A stretch of 64,000 bases of DNA from Torpedo marmorata (taxonomy: Eukaryota). The notes beneath the pieces were generated by a model. The model searched no databases, had not been told where the DNA came from, and saw only the letters and a program-made list of their open reading frames with translations. Shown piece after piece: positions 37,342 through 50,708 of this stretch. The position numbers and the translations under genes were made by a program. Positions within the stretch are counted from its first letter, which is position 1. Every line of letters starts with the position of its first letter. The stretch spans positions 15,314,001 to 15,378,000 of the forward strand of contig OZ360257.1 of the NCBI GenBank assembly GCA_977017645.1, given 5' to 3'.

Positions 37342-39037
37342 ATAGTGGAGTTTTCGGGTCGATACTTTTACTCAGGGCCATGCTTGAAGTTCAGCTCAGC
37401 AAGGTGAGGTTTGACCCTCTTTTCAGGAGCGATGGATCTGATCTCGGCTCCCATATGACATCAACGTTATTAAAGTAAATGCGCACAAGTCTAAGGAGAG
37501 CAAACATGCAGTCTCATCGCGCTTATGCCACTCTCTTAAAACTACCAGAGCAACGTGGTTCAATAATAATATAATTGCAGCAGATCACGAAGTGTCTGCT
37601 GTTCTACCCTTCAGATCAGAGAACATTATTAATCTAAATCTCTAAAAAGGGTAATAGAGAGTATCCTGAGAATTACAGACAGGTGAGGCTTACGTCAGTG
37701 GTGTGCAAACTATTGGAGAGGATTCTTAAGGACGGGATTTATGAGTATTTGGAGAATTACAGTCGTCTGAGGGACATAAGCATGGTTTTGTGAGGGGATG
37801 GTCGTGCCTCATGAGCCTCATTGCATTTTCTGAGGAGATAACAAAATATAAATAGGAAAGTGTGACGGTAGACCAGGTACATATGGATTTCAGTGAGGCG
37901 TTTAACAAGGTTCCCCATGAAAGACTCGATCAGAAAGACATCAGGCATTCTTACCACGGAATCTTGGCTGTGTGAATAAAAAATTGGCTTGCCTGTTGGA
38001 AGAAGAGGACGGAACAGAAATTATTCTGTCTGAACGTCAGTGACTAGTGGAGTTCCGCAGGTATATTTTCTTGAACCCTTGCTCTTTGTGATTTTTGGAA
38101 ATGAACTAGATGAAAAGCGGAAGGGTGTGTCAGTAGGTTTGCAGACGATATAATGGTTGGAGGAGCAGCAGTTAGTGTTGAGGTTTGTAGTAGATTACAA
38201 TGCAGAGATGGGCGCAAAAGTGGAAAATCGAGTTCAATCCGGTTAAGTTTGTGAAGCATTTTGGAAGGTCAAACCTTGATGAATACTGCATTAATGGTCG
38301 GATACTTAAGAGTGTGGAGGAAGAGAGGGACCTTGAAGTTAAAATCCATAGATCTCTCAATGTTTCCGCGCAGGTTGATAGGATAGTTAAGAAGGCCTAG
38401 GGATGCTGGGTTTCAATAATAGGGGGATTGAGTTCAATAGTATAGAGGTTATGTTGCAACTCGACACACCTCTGGTTAGACCATACTTATAGTATTTTAT
38501 TCAGTTATGGCCACATCGTTATAGGAAGGCTGTGGAATCTGTGGAGAGGGTGCGGAGGAGATTTACCAGGATATTGTCTGGATTGGAAAATGTCTTCCGA
38601 GGCAAGGTTAGTAGAGCAAGGACTTTTTTGTTTGGAGCGAACAAGGATGAGAGGTGACTTAATCAAAGTATATAAGAATATATACAATAGATAGGGTAGG
38701 CAGCAAGCGCCTTTTCGCAGGGAGGGAATGGCAAACACCAGGGGACGTATGCACAAAGTGAAGGGAGGTAGGTTGAGGGGAGATATCAGAGGTAAATTAT
38801 TCACACAGAGATGGAGGTGCCGGCAATGCCTTGCCAGGTTGGTGGTGAGGGCTTAAACATTCCGGGTATTAAGAGACTCGTAGACAGGCACATGGATGAA
38901 CGAAAATTAGAGGATTAAGAGGTTGGAAGGTTTCAGTATTTTCTTGGTAGGAATATAAAGGTCGGCACAACATTGAAGGCCGAACAGCCTGTACTGCGCT
39001 GTCATGTTCCATGTTCTATGTTCTATGTTTTGAAACA

Positions 39038-40186
39038 ACTTTGCTGCCAATCGTTATTCTGTTCCATGTAATTTACGGCCTCTCAAAATGCATCTCTCAG
39101 TGGTTGCTGGGAAAGGCAGAAGCTGACTGAGAAGTTGTGAAACTGTATATGAATTGATTTTATATGAGATTAACGATCGGTATTTTCCACATTCAGACTT
39201 CAATCAGACTTCTCTCTGTAGAGTTATTCTGACCATGTTATTTATTTCCATTGACGATTCAATGTGACTAACTGTGGCTTTCATGTTCGATCGATTTTTT
39301 GCTATTTGTCACCAAAATCTACGAGCAAAATATTGCACTGAAAATAATTCATCTCTAGCGAAAGCGCGGTGGAATTTTCCTCAACATTTGGAGAAAGCAC
39401 CATTTTATTCACTAACCTCGGGAAGTAATTGATAACGTTGAATTATCCTGCAATGTAATATCATGCTTTTACACCTTATGAATTTGAGCAGTTATTCTCT
39501 GGCAGGAAAAAGTCTTTAACTCATTTGCTCTTTATGTCTTTATCTTGACGCCACATTCCCTGACCATCAGCCGCATTATACTGGCTAACCGAGCGAGGAG
39601 CAAACTCCGAAGAAGGAACAACAATGGGAACCGCAGTGTCACAGAGATGCGGAACCGCAGGAAACCGATAATGTTGCTGCTGGTCATTTCCAGCACGTTT
39701 ATTCTCTTCAGGATGGCTTTCATATGCGTGCAATTTACTGATAAGCAGTTTTTGGAAGGAAGCTGCAATGATACCTTCACCATTGCGGGATTGTCGGGTT
39801 ATATGCTGATGTTTTCGAATTTTTGCCCAATCCCATTGTTAACAATAGCGGTTAGAGCAACGCTATTTCAGCGCCAGCGACCCGGGTTCATTTCCGGCGC
39901 TACTGACAGGAGCTTATACGTTCTCCCCATGTCTACGTGTGTTTCCTCCGTGCCCTCCGGTTTCCTCCCAAATAAAAAAAAAAGTAAGGAGGTTGAAAGT
40001 TAATTGTGGCATTTTGGTGGCACGGGCTCGTGGGTCGGAAGTGCCTGTTCCCGTTCCGTATGCTACATTTAAAATTTAAACCACTTCATTGTTGCACTGT
40101 CCCCGAGAAAATTCAGAGAGGGTCTGAAGAATCTGTTGAAATTTCCAGTGACTCTTCTTACCAAGGCAAACAACAGCAAGGAATGA
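39038..40186 (+). pseudogene. Family B GPCR pseudogene copy
   Basis: Same lesions as the other family B copies. Confidence 0.87.
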
Positions 40187-40726
40187 CAGCAGTTTATTTT
40201 CTCAAATACCAAAATGAATAACCTCGAACAAAGTAAACAAAAATCACTGCACGTGCATGATCACAAAGGGACCTTCAAATGAAAATTGGGTCTCTGGAAG
40301 GTGCAAAGAACATAAAATATACAACACACTGCAGACCCTTCTGTACACGATGTTGTGCCAATTTACCTAAACTCATTCCACAATAATATAATTTCCCAAG
40401 CGCACGCCTGTAACGCGAAATCTTTCTTACACCCTGTTCCTATCTTGGAGACATTAGAATGTCCCTATTGTTGCAACCTCCACCACCACCACAGGCAATG
40501 ATTTCGAGGGACCAACCACTATCTGTATAAAAACGTACCTCCCACATTTGCCTTAAAGTTTCCTTTACGCACCTTAATAAACTGTCCTCCGGTATTAACT
40601 ATTGTCGTCTCAGGAAACAGGTGCTGAATGTCCAAACATCCTAAGCCCCCTCATAATATTATATACCTTTGTTTATTCACCTGTCATCCACAGAGAAAAG
40701 CTCTATATCTGTCACCCTTGCTCCAT

Positions 40727-42778
40727 TAATATAAATGGGATTAAAGTAGGTGCAGAAGAGCATAAAATTAGTCTGTTTGCAGATGATGTATTAATATATA
40801 TGACAAAATCTATTAAATCACTTCAACAATTAGATAAGATATTGAGGGATTATGGTGAGATATCTGGATATAAAATAAATTCGGATAAAAGTGAGATAAT
40901 GGCTCTATCTCAAGGAGACTATACTAAATGTAAAGAAGTTACAAAATTTAAATGGGCTAAAGAAACAATTAAATATTTGGGAGTTAAAGTAGATACAAAA
41001 TTAGAAAATTTATATAAATCAAATTATATACCTTTATTTCAGAAAATAAAGAAAGATTTGGATAATTGGAAAGATTTACCTATAACTTTAATGGGAAGAG
41101 TGAATTGTATTAAAATGAATATTTTTCCAAGAGTTCAATATCTTTTTCAATCTATACCTTATGGTATTCCTCAAAAATTTTTTAAAGATTTAAAAATTAT
41201 TATTAGAAAGTTTTTATGGAAAGGAAAATTGGCAAGGGTAAGTATAGATAAATTAACTTGGGAATATGAAATGGGTGGATTACAACTTCCTAATTTTCAA
41301 TATTATTATAAGGCAGCACAATTAAAATTTATAAATGAATTTTTTGATTTAACTAAAAATACGGCTTGGATTAATATAGAATTGAGTAATATAGGGGAAA
41401 GATATAAGGAAGATATTATTTATAAATGGAATTCCAAATTATTATTGATTAAAAAGAAAAAGTCACCGATTATTAAACACTTATTGGAAATTTGGAATCA
41501 GCTAGATAATGAAATAGGACGAAAAGGATCAATATCTTTAAATATGCCATTATATCAGAACCTATTGTTACCTTTTTCTATTGATAATCAATTTTTAAAA
41601 TTATGGTATCAAAAAGGAATTAAGAAGATTAAAGATTGTTTTGAGGCAGGAAGATTTGTTACTTTTTCTAGATTGAAGGAAAAATTTGGAATAATGGACA
41701 ATACAATTTTGGCTTATTATCAGGTTAAAGGATTTTTAGTTGAGAAATTAGGGATCAATTAATATCTCCTAGACAAGATGGGTTAGAGTTACTAATTACT
41801 AATGGAAATGTTAATAAATTTATATCACAAATGTATAAATTACTTCAGAGAAAGATGCCTAAAGTAGGACTACATAAATCTAGATTAAATTGGGAGTCAG
41901 ATTTAAATATTAGTATAGACGAACAACATTGGAAAGAACTATGTAAATTGAGTATGACTAAAATTATTAATGTTAGATATAGATTAGTACAATATAACTT
42001 TTTCCATCAATTATATATAACACCTAAAAAATTAAAGAAATTTAATCCGGCATTATCAGATATGTGTTTTAGGTGTAAAGATGAAATAGGTTCTTTTGTA
42101 CACTGTACATGGTCATGTTTAAAAATTCAAAATTTTTGCTCTAAAGTTAAGGATTTTTTAGATAGAATTTTTAATATTACGATTCCAATGGTCCCTATGA
42201 TATTTCTATTTGGAGATATTAAAAAAATTAATATTAGAAATAGATTGAATATGTATCAAATAGAATTTTTACGAATTGTGTTAGCGATTTCAAAAAAATG
42301 TATCGCTATTACTTGGAAATCAGATTTAGATTTGAATTTGGATAGATTACATGCAGAGTTACGCACGTGTATACCATTGGAAAAAATTACCTATAATCTA
42401 CGAGATAAATACCATTTCTTTTTGAAAATTTGGAGCCCATATATAAGAATTATGGGTATGAATTAATTCTCTAAAAGTTAGTAACGCTGACAAAAGTAAC
42501 CTCCAATATATAAGTAGAGTTAGCTTGTAATGGTTTTCTCCTCATACTAACTCTCATAACTTTATTATTCATTCTATTTTTTTTTTCTTTTAACTAATAC
42601 TTTTTTTTCATATTTTTCTTTTTCTTTTATTAGAATAGTGAGGGAGGGTTGGGGAGGGGAGGGTGGGAGGGGGGGAGGTAATATATCACATGTATTTTGA
42701 ATAATATACTATTTTTGATATATGTATTTTGTGATTTTAAAAATTAAATACAATTATTTAAAAAAAATAAAAAAAAAA
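40727..42778 (+). mobile_element. 5'-truncated L1-clade LINE (ORF2 3' half, 3'UTR, poly(A)) with an 11-bp TSD; present in one unit only
   Basis: RT core SLFADDVLIY and YLGV; C-terminal CFRC..GSFVHCTWSC zinc knuckle. One frameshift at ~41760. T-rich then G-rich 3'UTR and an A tail at 42760-42778. TSD CCTTGCTCCAT at 40716-40726 and 42779-42789. The empty site is seen in other units (e.g. ~16017). Confidence 0.95.
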
Positions 42779-44152
42779 CCTTGCTCCATATGACATGGTC
42801 TCCAATCCAGGCAATAGAATATCTTGATAAATATCTGCACCCTATCTAATGCATCTACATAATTGCAGTAACAAAGCGACCAGAACTGAACGCAATATTC
42901 CAAGTGTGGTCTCACCAGAGTTTTATGGGTCTGCAAAATTTCCTCCTGGCTTTTATCCGACGAACGAAGGCCAACCCATCATATACCTTCTTGACCAGCG
43001 CGTCAACTAGCGCAGCAATCTTGAGGGTGTATTAACATGGACCCCAAGATCTCCTAGTTCCTCCAAACTGTTAGAATCCTGCCATTAACACGCACTGCAC
43101 CTTCGATTCGACATCCAAAATGCACTACACTTAACCGTAATGAACTCAATCTGCCACTTCTCTGTCCAACTCCGCATCCTGTCTACATCCCGTTATAACC
43201 CGCGACAGCCTTCTGCACTCCCGACAACACTGTGAACCGTTGTATCATTAGCAAATGCAAAGAAAATAGAGCATAGAAAGAAACTCTCTGATTGGACTTG
43301 ATGCCTTCGAACCAACCCTCAGCGTTGATGCATTACCGCAAATACCACAGGCGATCCAAACACTCCTCGGATCTGTGTGGCGTTTGCAACAAAAATTAAC
43401 TCAGCATTTCAAGCGGGACGGTTCACGTCACAGTTCATCGCAACACATTCACAGCGTCAGCGACGGGGGTTCAAATACAGCGCTGCCCTGGAAGGAGTTT
43501 TATTTCTTTCCCTCGTGAACTGCTCTAATTCCCCGGGTACCCTGGTTTCTTCCCACTCACGAAAAAATGTATGGGATTGACATGTTCATTGGATGTAATT
43601 TGGCAGCACGGGCTTCATGAGCTAAGGGTCTGTATATTTTAAATAAAAGTTCAGTCAAGCCATCATGGCAGACGACGAGTGAAAACAAATCCTCAGGTCA
43701 GACCGACTGATGAACGTTTGAAAACTCATGGGAACAAAGTTATTTTCAGGTGTATAATAATGAAAAGGAAAATATATGTGATAATCAGGATCATTGGGAA
43801 CAAACAACGGAGAGAATCGCGAACAAGTCACCCCAGGGACGAGGTTAAAGCGAAGCAAATGGAGATAGATGAACGCGACACTCCAGTGTCACGGTTCCAC
43901 GTCAGGTGATGCAGCGAGCTCGCACCTGAACCTTGTTTATTACGATAACTCGTGTTAGTTACTCTGGGCGGAGCGATCTCAGGTCATTAAGTGAGAATGA
44001 ACTGATAGTCTTTGTTAAATCGAGTATGTGGAGGTGTTATGTAATTTAGTGTCCCAGGAGAACAGCTGTCCTATAAATTAGGCTTCACAGTGAAACTCTT
44101 CGTTTTCACATATTCACATGTGCTGTAGAGAAACCGCTCTTATCCTCAAAAG

Positions 44153-44213
44153 ATGCCACGAATGGAAGCCACGGAGATCTTCTATCCCATTCTTGCAATT
44201 GTCGGCATTCCTG
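44153..44213 (+). CDS. gpr139-like: Family A unit-4 exon 1 (MPRMEATEIFYPILAIVGIP+G); its own exon 2 is deleted
   Basis: Both ATGs, the TATA box and the GTAAGT donor (44214) are intact. The downstream acceptor tract is broken at 45438. Confidence 0.75.
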
Positions 44214-46567
44214 GTAAGTGATTTTGCTGCGATCTCCGCCGAGTGTTTTCTGGTTGTCCGTATTCNNNNNNNNNNNNNNNNNNNNNNNNNNNNNNNNNNN
44301 NNNNNNNNNNNNNNNNNNNNNNNNNNNNNNNNNNNNNNNNNNNNNNNNNNNNNNNNNNNNNNNNNNNNNNNNNNNNNNNNNNNNNNNNNNNNNNNNNNNN
44401 NNNNNNNNNNNNNNNNNNNNNNNNNNNNNNNNNNNNNNNNNNNNNNNNNNNNNNNNNNNNNNNNNNNNNNNNNNNNNNNNNNNNNNNNNNNNNNNNNNNN
44501 NNNNNNNNNNNNNNNNTCGTCGCTCAGCCAGGATTTAAATAATCTTTTGACCTGAAGTTGTAGAAGTTAGACAATGTCCAGTCACTTCGATCATATGATA
44601 GATTCTGCAATCCAGGCAACACCTTTGCACACTCTCCACAGCATCCAGATATTTCCTATAAGGAGGCAACCATAACTGAACGCCATGATTTGAACTGTAT
44701 ATCTTCACGTGTCCGGGGAAAAGTGAAAAGGCGTTATTTTGCCTGCTATCCAGGCAAATCAAGCCACATAAAATACAGGAGGCAGCGCAAGGATAAAAAT
44801 AGAACAGGTGATAGTGTTACAATAAAGTACAGCATGACGTGTTAAAGACAGGAGTGCTGTTAGTCTATGTAAGTCTTTACCTTTTCCTCGTGAGAGGGCT
44901 ATTCAAGAGCCTGCCATCAGGAATGTAAGTGCCCTTGAATCTGGTTGGGTGCGTTTTTTTCGAAACTCGTGCTTCTTCTGCCCGGCGGCAGGGAGATGGA
45001 GAGACTGCGGTAGGGGTGGAACAGATTCGTGAACATGTACAGTGATTATTTATCCCGGAGATGGCGGGAGATATGAACGCAGTTTATGGTCGGGGGATTG
45101 ACTTATTGATAACACTGAATTGCGTTAATTTCTCTTCTTAGTTTCTTGTGACGCCGACCGTAGCAGTTTCCACACCAATCTGTGATGCACCCGCACCGGA
45201 CACTTTCTATTGTTCATCTGCACACAACGGACAGGGTCAACGGGGGCATGCCGAAATTCCTCAGCTTCTGAGGAAGTGAAAGCGTTGTTGCTCTTTCCAT
45301 TCCGTAGTGCCAATGTAATGTTGGCAACTGCATAATTTACAGGAACATACAAATGTTTCGATTAGTTTATTCCCAAAGATTCCTTTGATACAATTATGTT
45401 AAAGGTGTTGGCTTGTTTTTCTGGTGTTTCCTGGTTTTTCAAAACCAGGCTGCAATACCATCCTAGGAACGAAAATTATCCATATTTATTTGGAGGAATT
45501 GGGCATGTTTCGTCGTCTGATTTGTAACTTCCACCAAGTATAATGTGCAGCAAGATCATGAAGAAAATACCTTAAATCAAAGACAACGACAGGAACAGCA
45601 TTTGGAAAGGAAATTGAAAATAATTCCGAGGTCCAGGATGAATCCGCAGTTGGAGAGAAGGGGATTGATTAACGGGAGTTAGCATAGCTTTTTTGTTGGC
45701 AGATTATATACAACCAATTTTGTGTTTGTTTCGAGGAACAGCTCAATGTATCGATGAGAGTACTGCAGTTCATGAAGTTGACACGAATTTCGGTACGACC
45801 CTGTCAAATATCCAGATAATGGGCTTGCACGGTTAGCGTAGCGGTTAGTGCAACACATTTACAGGGCCAGTGTCACGGGTTCGAACCCGGCCCTGTCTGT
45901 GAGGAGTTTGTCCGTTCTCCATGTGTCTGCGTGGGTTTCCTCCGGGTGATCCTGTTTCCTCCCACCCTTTAAAACGTAGTTTATTGGGTTATCTGAGCGG
46001 CACATGCTGTGGGCCAGAAAGGCCTGTTACGGTGCTGTATGTCTAAATAATGCACTGGTCCACAGTTCAAGGGATCAAATGCAATTTTGAAATTCGGATT
46101 CAATGTTTGCCTCGTAACAGAAGGTAATAGTTCATGGTGGAAAATTGAATATAGAATATAAGAATCTTCAACGTAGTATAGGCAATTTGGGTCACAGTGT
46201 TATGCCAACCTGATAATCTCCGCTTCCAAGAATTCCGAGAATTTCCGTCCTTTATAACGATCATTTTCTCTCTGTTCCATGCACCAATATACTAGACTCT
46301 TAAAATATCCTAATGAACCTGCCTGTAAAACAGTTGCCAGCAGTGAATCCCATGCACCCATTACTCTGTGTGTGAAGATTGTGCCTCTAACCCTCCCCAT
46401 GTACTTACTCCGAAGCACTTTTAAACGCCCCCCCCCGCCTGAATGGAGGTTTTCCTTTGCGTGTGGAAACCTTTCTTCCACAGTGCCAAAACGTCAAACT
46501 ATTGGGGGGACTCATCGGATTGAACAGCGTGTGTGTGTGTGTTTCTGTATGTGTGTGTGTGTGTGTG

Positions 46568-46610
<43 letters not shown>

Positions 46611-48318
46611 CGGGTGGCAGCGATAGTGGAGTTTTCGGGACGATACATTTCCTCAGGGCCATGCTTAAAGGTCAGCTCAGCAAGGTCAGGTTTGACCCTC
46701 TTTTCAGGAGCGCTGGATCTGATCTCGGCTCCCATGACATCAACGTTATTAAAGTAAATGCGCACAAGTCTAAGTAGAGCAAACATGCAGTCTCATCGCG
46801 CTTATGCCACTCTCTTAAACCTTCCAGAGAAACGTGGTTCAATAATAATATAATTGCAGCAAATCACGAAGTGTCTGCTGTTCTGCCCTTCAGATCAGAG
46901 AACATTATTAATCTAAATCTCTAAAAAGGGTAATAGAGAGAATCCTGAGAATTACAGACAGGTGAGGCTGACGTCAGTGGTGTGAAAACAATTGGAGAGG
47001 ATTCTTAAGGACAGGATTTATGAGCATTAGGAGAAGTACAGTCGTCTGAGGGACATAAGCATGGTTTTGTGAGGGGATGGTCGTGCCTCATGAGCCTCAT
47101 TGCATTTTCTGAGGAGAAATCAAAACATAATGAGGAAAGTGTGACGGTAGACCAGGTACATATGGATTTGAGTGAGGCGTTTGACAAGGTTCCCCATGAA
47201 ATACTGGATCAGAAAGGCATCAGGCATTCTATCCACGGAATCTTGGCTGTGTGAATAAAAAATTGGCTTGCCTGTAGAAAGAAGAGGACGGAACAGAAAG
47301 TATCCTGTCGGAACATCAGTGGCTAGTGGAGTTCCGCAGGGATGTTTTCTTCAACCCTTGCTCTTTGTGATTTTTGTAAATGACCTAGATGAAGAGCGGA
47401 AGCGTGGGTCAGTAGGTGTGCAGATGATATAATGGTTGGAGGAGCTGCAGTTAGTGTTGAAATCTGTCGTAGATTGCAATGCAGAGATGGGCGCAAAAGT
47501 GGCAGATCGAGTTCAATCCGGATAAGTTTGTGAAGCATTTTGGAAGGTCAAACCTTGCTGAATACAGCATTAATGGTCGGATACTTAAGAGTGTGGAGGA
47601 AGAGAGGGACCTTGAAGTTAAAATCCATACATCTCTCAATGTTTCCGCGCAGGTTAATAGGATAGTTAAGAAGGCCTATGGGATGCTGGGTGTCAATAAT
47701 AGGGGGATTGCGTTCAATAGTATAGAGGTCATGTTGCAAATCAACACACCTCTGGTGAGACCATACTTATAGTATTTTATTCAGTTATGGCCACATCGTT
47801 ATGGGAAGGATGTGGAAACTGTGGAGAGGGTGCGGAGGAGATTTACCAGGGTATTGCCTGGATTGGAAAATGTCTTATGAGGCAAGGTTAGTAGAGCAAG
47901 GACTTTTCTATTTGGAGCGAAGAAGGATGAGAGGTGACTTCATAAAAGTCTACAAGAATATATACAATAGATAGGGTAGACAGCAAGCGCTTTTTCGCAG
48001 GGAGGGAATAGCAAACACCAGGGGACGTATGCACAAAGTGAAGTGAGGAAGGTTGAGGGGAGATATCAGAGGTAAATTATTCACACAGTAATGGAGGTGC
48101 CGGCAATGCCTTGCCAGGTTGGTGGTGGGGGCTGAAGCATTTTGGGTATTTAAGAGACTCGTAGACAGGCACATGGATGAACGAAAATTAGAGGATTAAG
48201 TGGTTGAAAGGTTTCAGTATTTTCTTGGTAGGAATATACAGGTCGGCACAACATTGAAGGCCGAATAGCCTGTACTGTGCTGTCGTGTTCCATGTTCTAT
48301 GTTCTATGTTTTGAAACT

Positions 48319-48882
48319 ACTTTACTGCCAATCGTCATTCTGTTCCATGTAATTTACTGCCTCTCAAAATGCATCACTCAGTGGTTGCTGGGAATGGCAG
48401 AAGCTGACTGAGAAGTTGTGAAACTGCACATGAATTGATTGTATATGAGATTAAAGATTGGTATTTTCCACATTCAGACTTCAATCCGACTTCTCTCTGT
48501 AGAGTTATTCTGACGATTTTATTTATTTCCATTGACTGTTCAATGTGACTAACTGTGTCTTTCATGTTCGATCGATTTTTTGCTATTTGTCACCAAACGC
48601 TCCGAGCAAAATATTGCACTGAAAATAATTCATCTGTAGCGAAAGCGCGGTGGAATTTTCCTCAACATTTGGGAAAAAACACCATTTTATTTATTAACCT
48701 CGGGAAGTAATTGATAACGTTGAATTATCCTGCAATGTAATATCATGCTTTTACACCTTATGAATTTGAGCAGTTATTCTCTCGCAGGAAACAGTCTTTA
48801 ACTCATTTGCTCTTTATGTCTTTATCTTGGCGCCACATTCCCTGACCATCAGCCGCATTATACTGGCTAACCGAGCGAGGAG
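48319..48882 (+). pseudogene. Family B GPCR pseudogene copy, 3' part deleted
   Basis: Matches family B up to CCGAGCGAGGAG, then jumps into the minus-strand CR1 (GCCAACCCACC). Confidence 0.83.
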
Positions 48883-50708
48883 GCCAACCCACCACACACC
48901 TTCTTGACCAGCGCGTACACTAGCGCAGCAACCTTGAGGGGTGTATTAACATGGACCCCAAGATCTCTCAGTTCCTCCAAACTGTTAGAACTTCTGCCAT
49001 TAACACGCACTCCGCCTTCGATTCGACCTCCAAAGTGCACTACACTTAACCGTATAGAACTCAATCTGCCAATTCTCTGCCCAACTCCGCATCCTTTCTA
49101 TATCCCGTTATAACCCACGACAGCCTTCTGCACTCCCGACAACACTGTGAACCGTTGTATCATTAGCAAATGCAAAGAAAATAGAGCACAGAAAGAAATT
49201 CTCTGATTGGACTTGATGCCTTCGAACCAACCCTCAGCGTTGATGCATTACCCCAAATACCACAGGCGATCCAAATACTCCTCGGATCTGTGTGGCGTTT
49301 GCAACAAAAATTAACTCAGCATTTCAAGCGGGACGGTTCACGTCACAGTTCAGCGCAACACATTCACAGCGTCAGCGACGCGGGTTCAAATACAGCTCTG
49401 CCCTGGAAGGAGTTTTATTGCTCTCCCTCGTGAACTGCTCGGTTTCCCCGGGTACTCTGGTTTCTTCCCACTCACGAAAAAAAGTATGGGTTTGGCATGT
49501 TCATTGGATGTAATTTGGCAGCACGGGCACTTGCGGAGCTGCATGACGTGGTCAGTAAACAGGCCCACCCCGAGACAATTCCAGTCACAGTCGTTGACTT
49601 TAATCAGGCCTGTCTTAAGAGAGCCCTGCGCAAGTATCACCAGCACGTAACCTGCTGTACCAGAGGCACCAGCTCATTTGAACATTGCGACAACAACATA
49701 AGGAATGCCTACGTTCTTTCATGATAGAGCAGGTTGGTGTTTGCTGTCCACCCCATCTAAACCCCTCATGATGTTGTCTACCCCCAATAATTCACCTCTT
49801 CCCCTTCATCGCTGCAGAGAAAAGCCCCAGCTCTGTCAACCTTCCTTCATATGATAGGTTCTGCAATCCAGGCAACACCTTTGCACACTCTCCAGAGCAT
49901 CCATATATTTCCTATAATGAGGCAACCATAACTGAACGCAACGATTTGAACTGTTTATCGTCACGTATCCGGGGAAAAGTGAAAAGGCGTTATTTTGCCT
50001 GCTATCCAGGTAAATCAAGCCACATAAAATACAGCAGGCAGTGCAAGGATAAAAATAGTACAGATGATAGTGTTACAATAAAGTACAGCATGACGTGTTA
50101 AAGACAGGAGTGCTGTTAAGCTATGCAAGTCATTACCTTTTACTCTTGATAGGTCTATTCAACAGCCTGCCAGCAGGAATGTAAGTGACCTTGAATCTGG
50201 TTGGGTGCGTTTCTTCCAAACTCGTGCTTCTTCTGCCCGGCGGCTGGGAGAAGGAGAGACTGCGGGAGGAGTGGAACAGATTCTTTAACATGTATAGTGA
50301 TTATTTATCTGGGAGACGGCGGGAGATATGAACGAAGTCGATGGACGGGGGATTGGATTATTGATAACACTGAATTGCGTTCATTACTCTCCGTGGTTTC
50401 GTAAGACTCCGAGCTCAGCAGTTTCCACACCAATCTGTGATGCACCCGTACCGGACACTTTCTATTGTTCATCTGCACACAACGGACAGGGTCAACGGGG
50501 GCATGCCGAAATTCCTCAGCTTCTGAGGAAGTGAAAGCGTTGCTGCGCTTCCCATTCCGTAGTGCCCATGTAATGTTGGCAACTATATAATTTACAGGAA
50601 CATACAAATGTTTCGATTAGGTTATTCCCAAAGATTCCATTGTAACAATTATGTTAAAGGTGTTGGCTTGATTTTCTGGTAGTTTCCTGGTTTTCCATCT
50701 TGTTACAG

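Noticed and set aside
36557-37478. Long ORFs spanning N-runs, and ER-, HT- or CV-repeat ORFs
   Set aside because: Artefacts of N tracts and dinucleotide repeats.
40602-40726. Apparent N-terminus of the 386-aa ORF
   Set aside because: Chance read-through from flanking antisense CR1 sequence into the truncated L1 ORF2; it lies outside the TSD-defined insertion.
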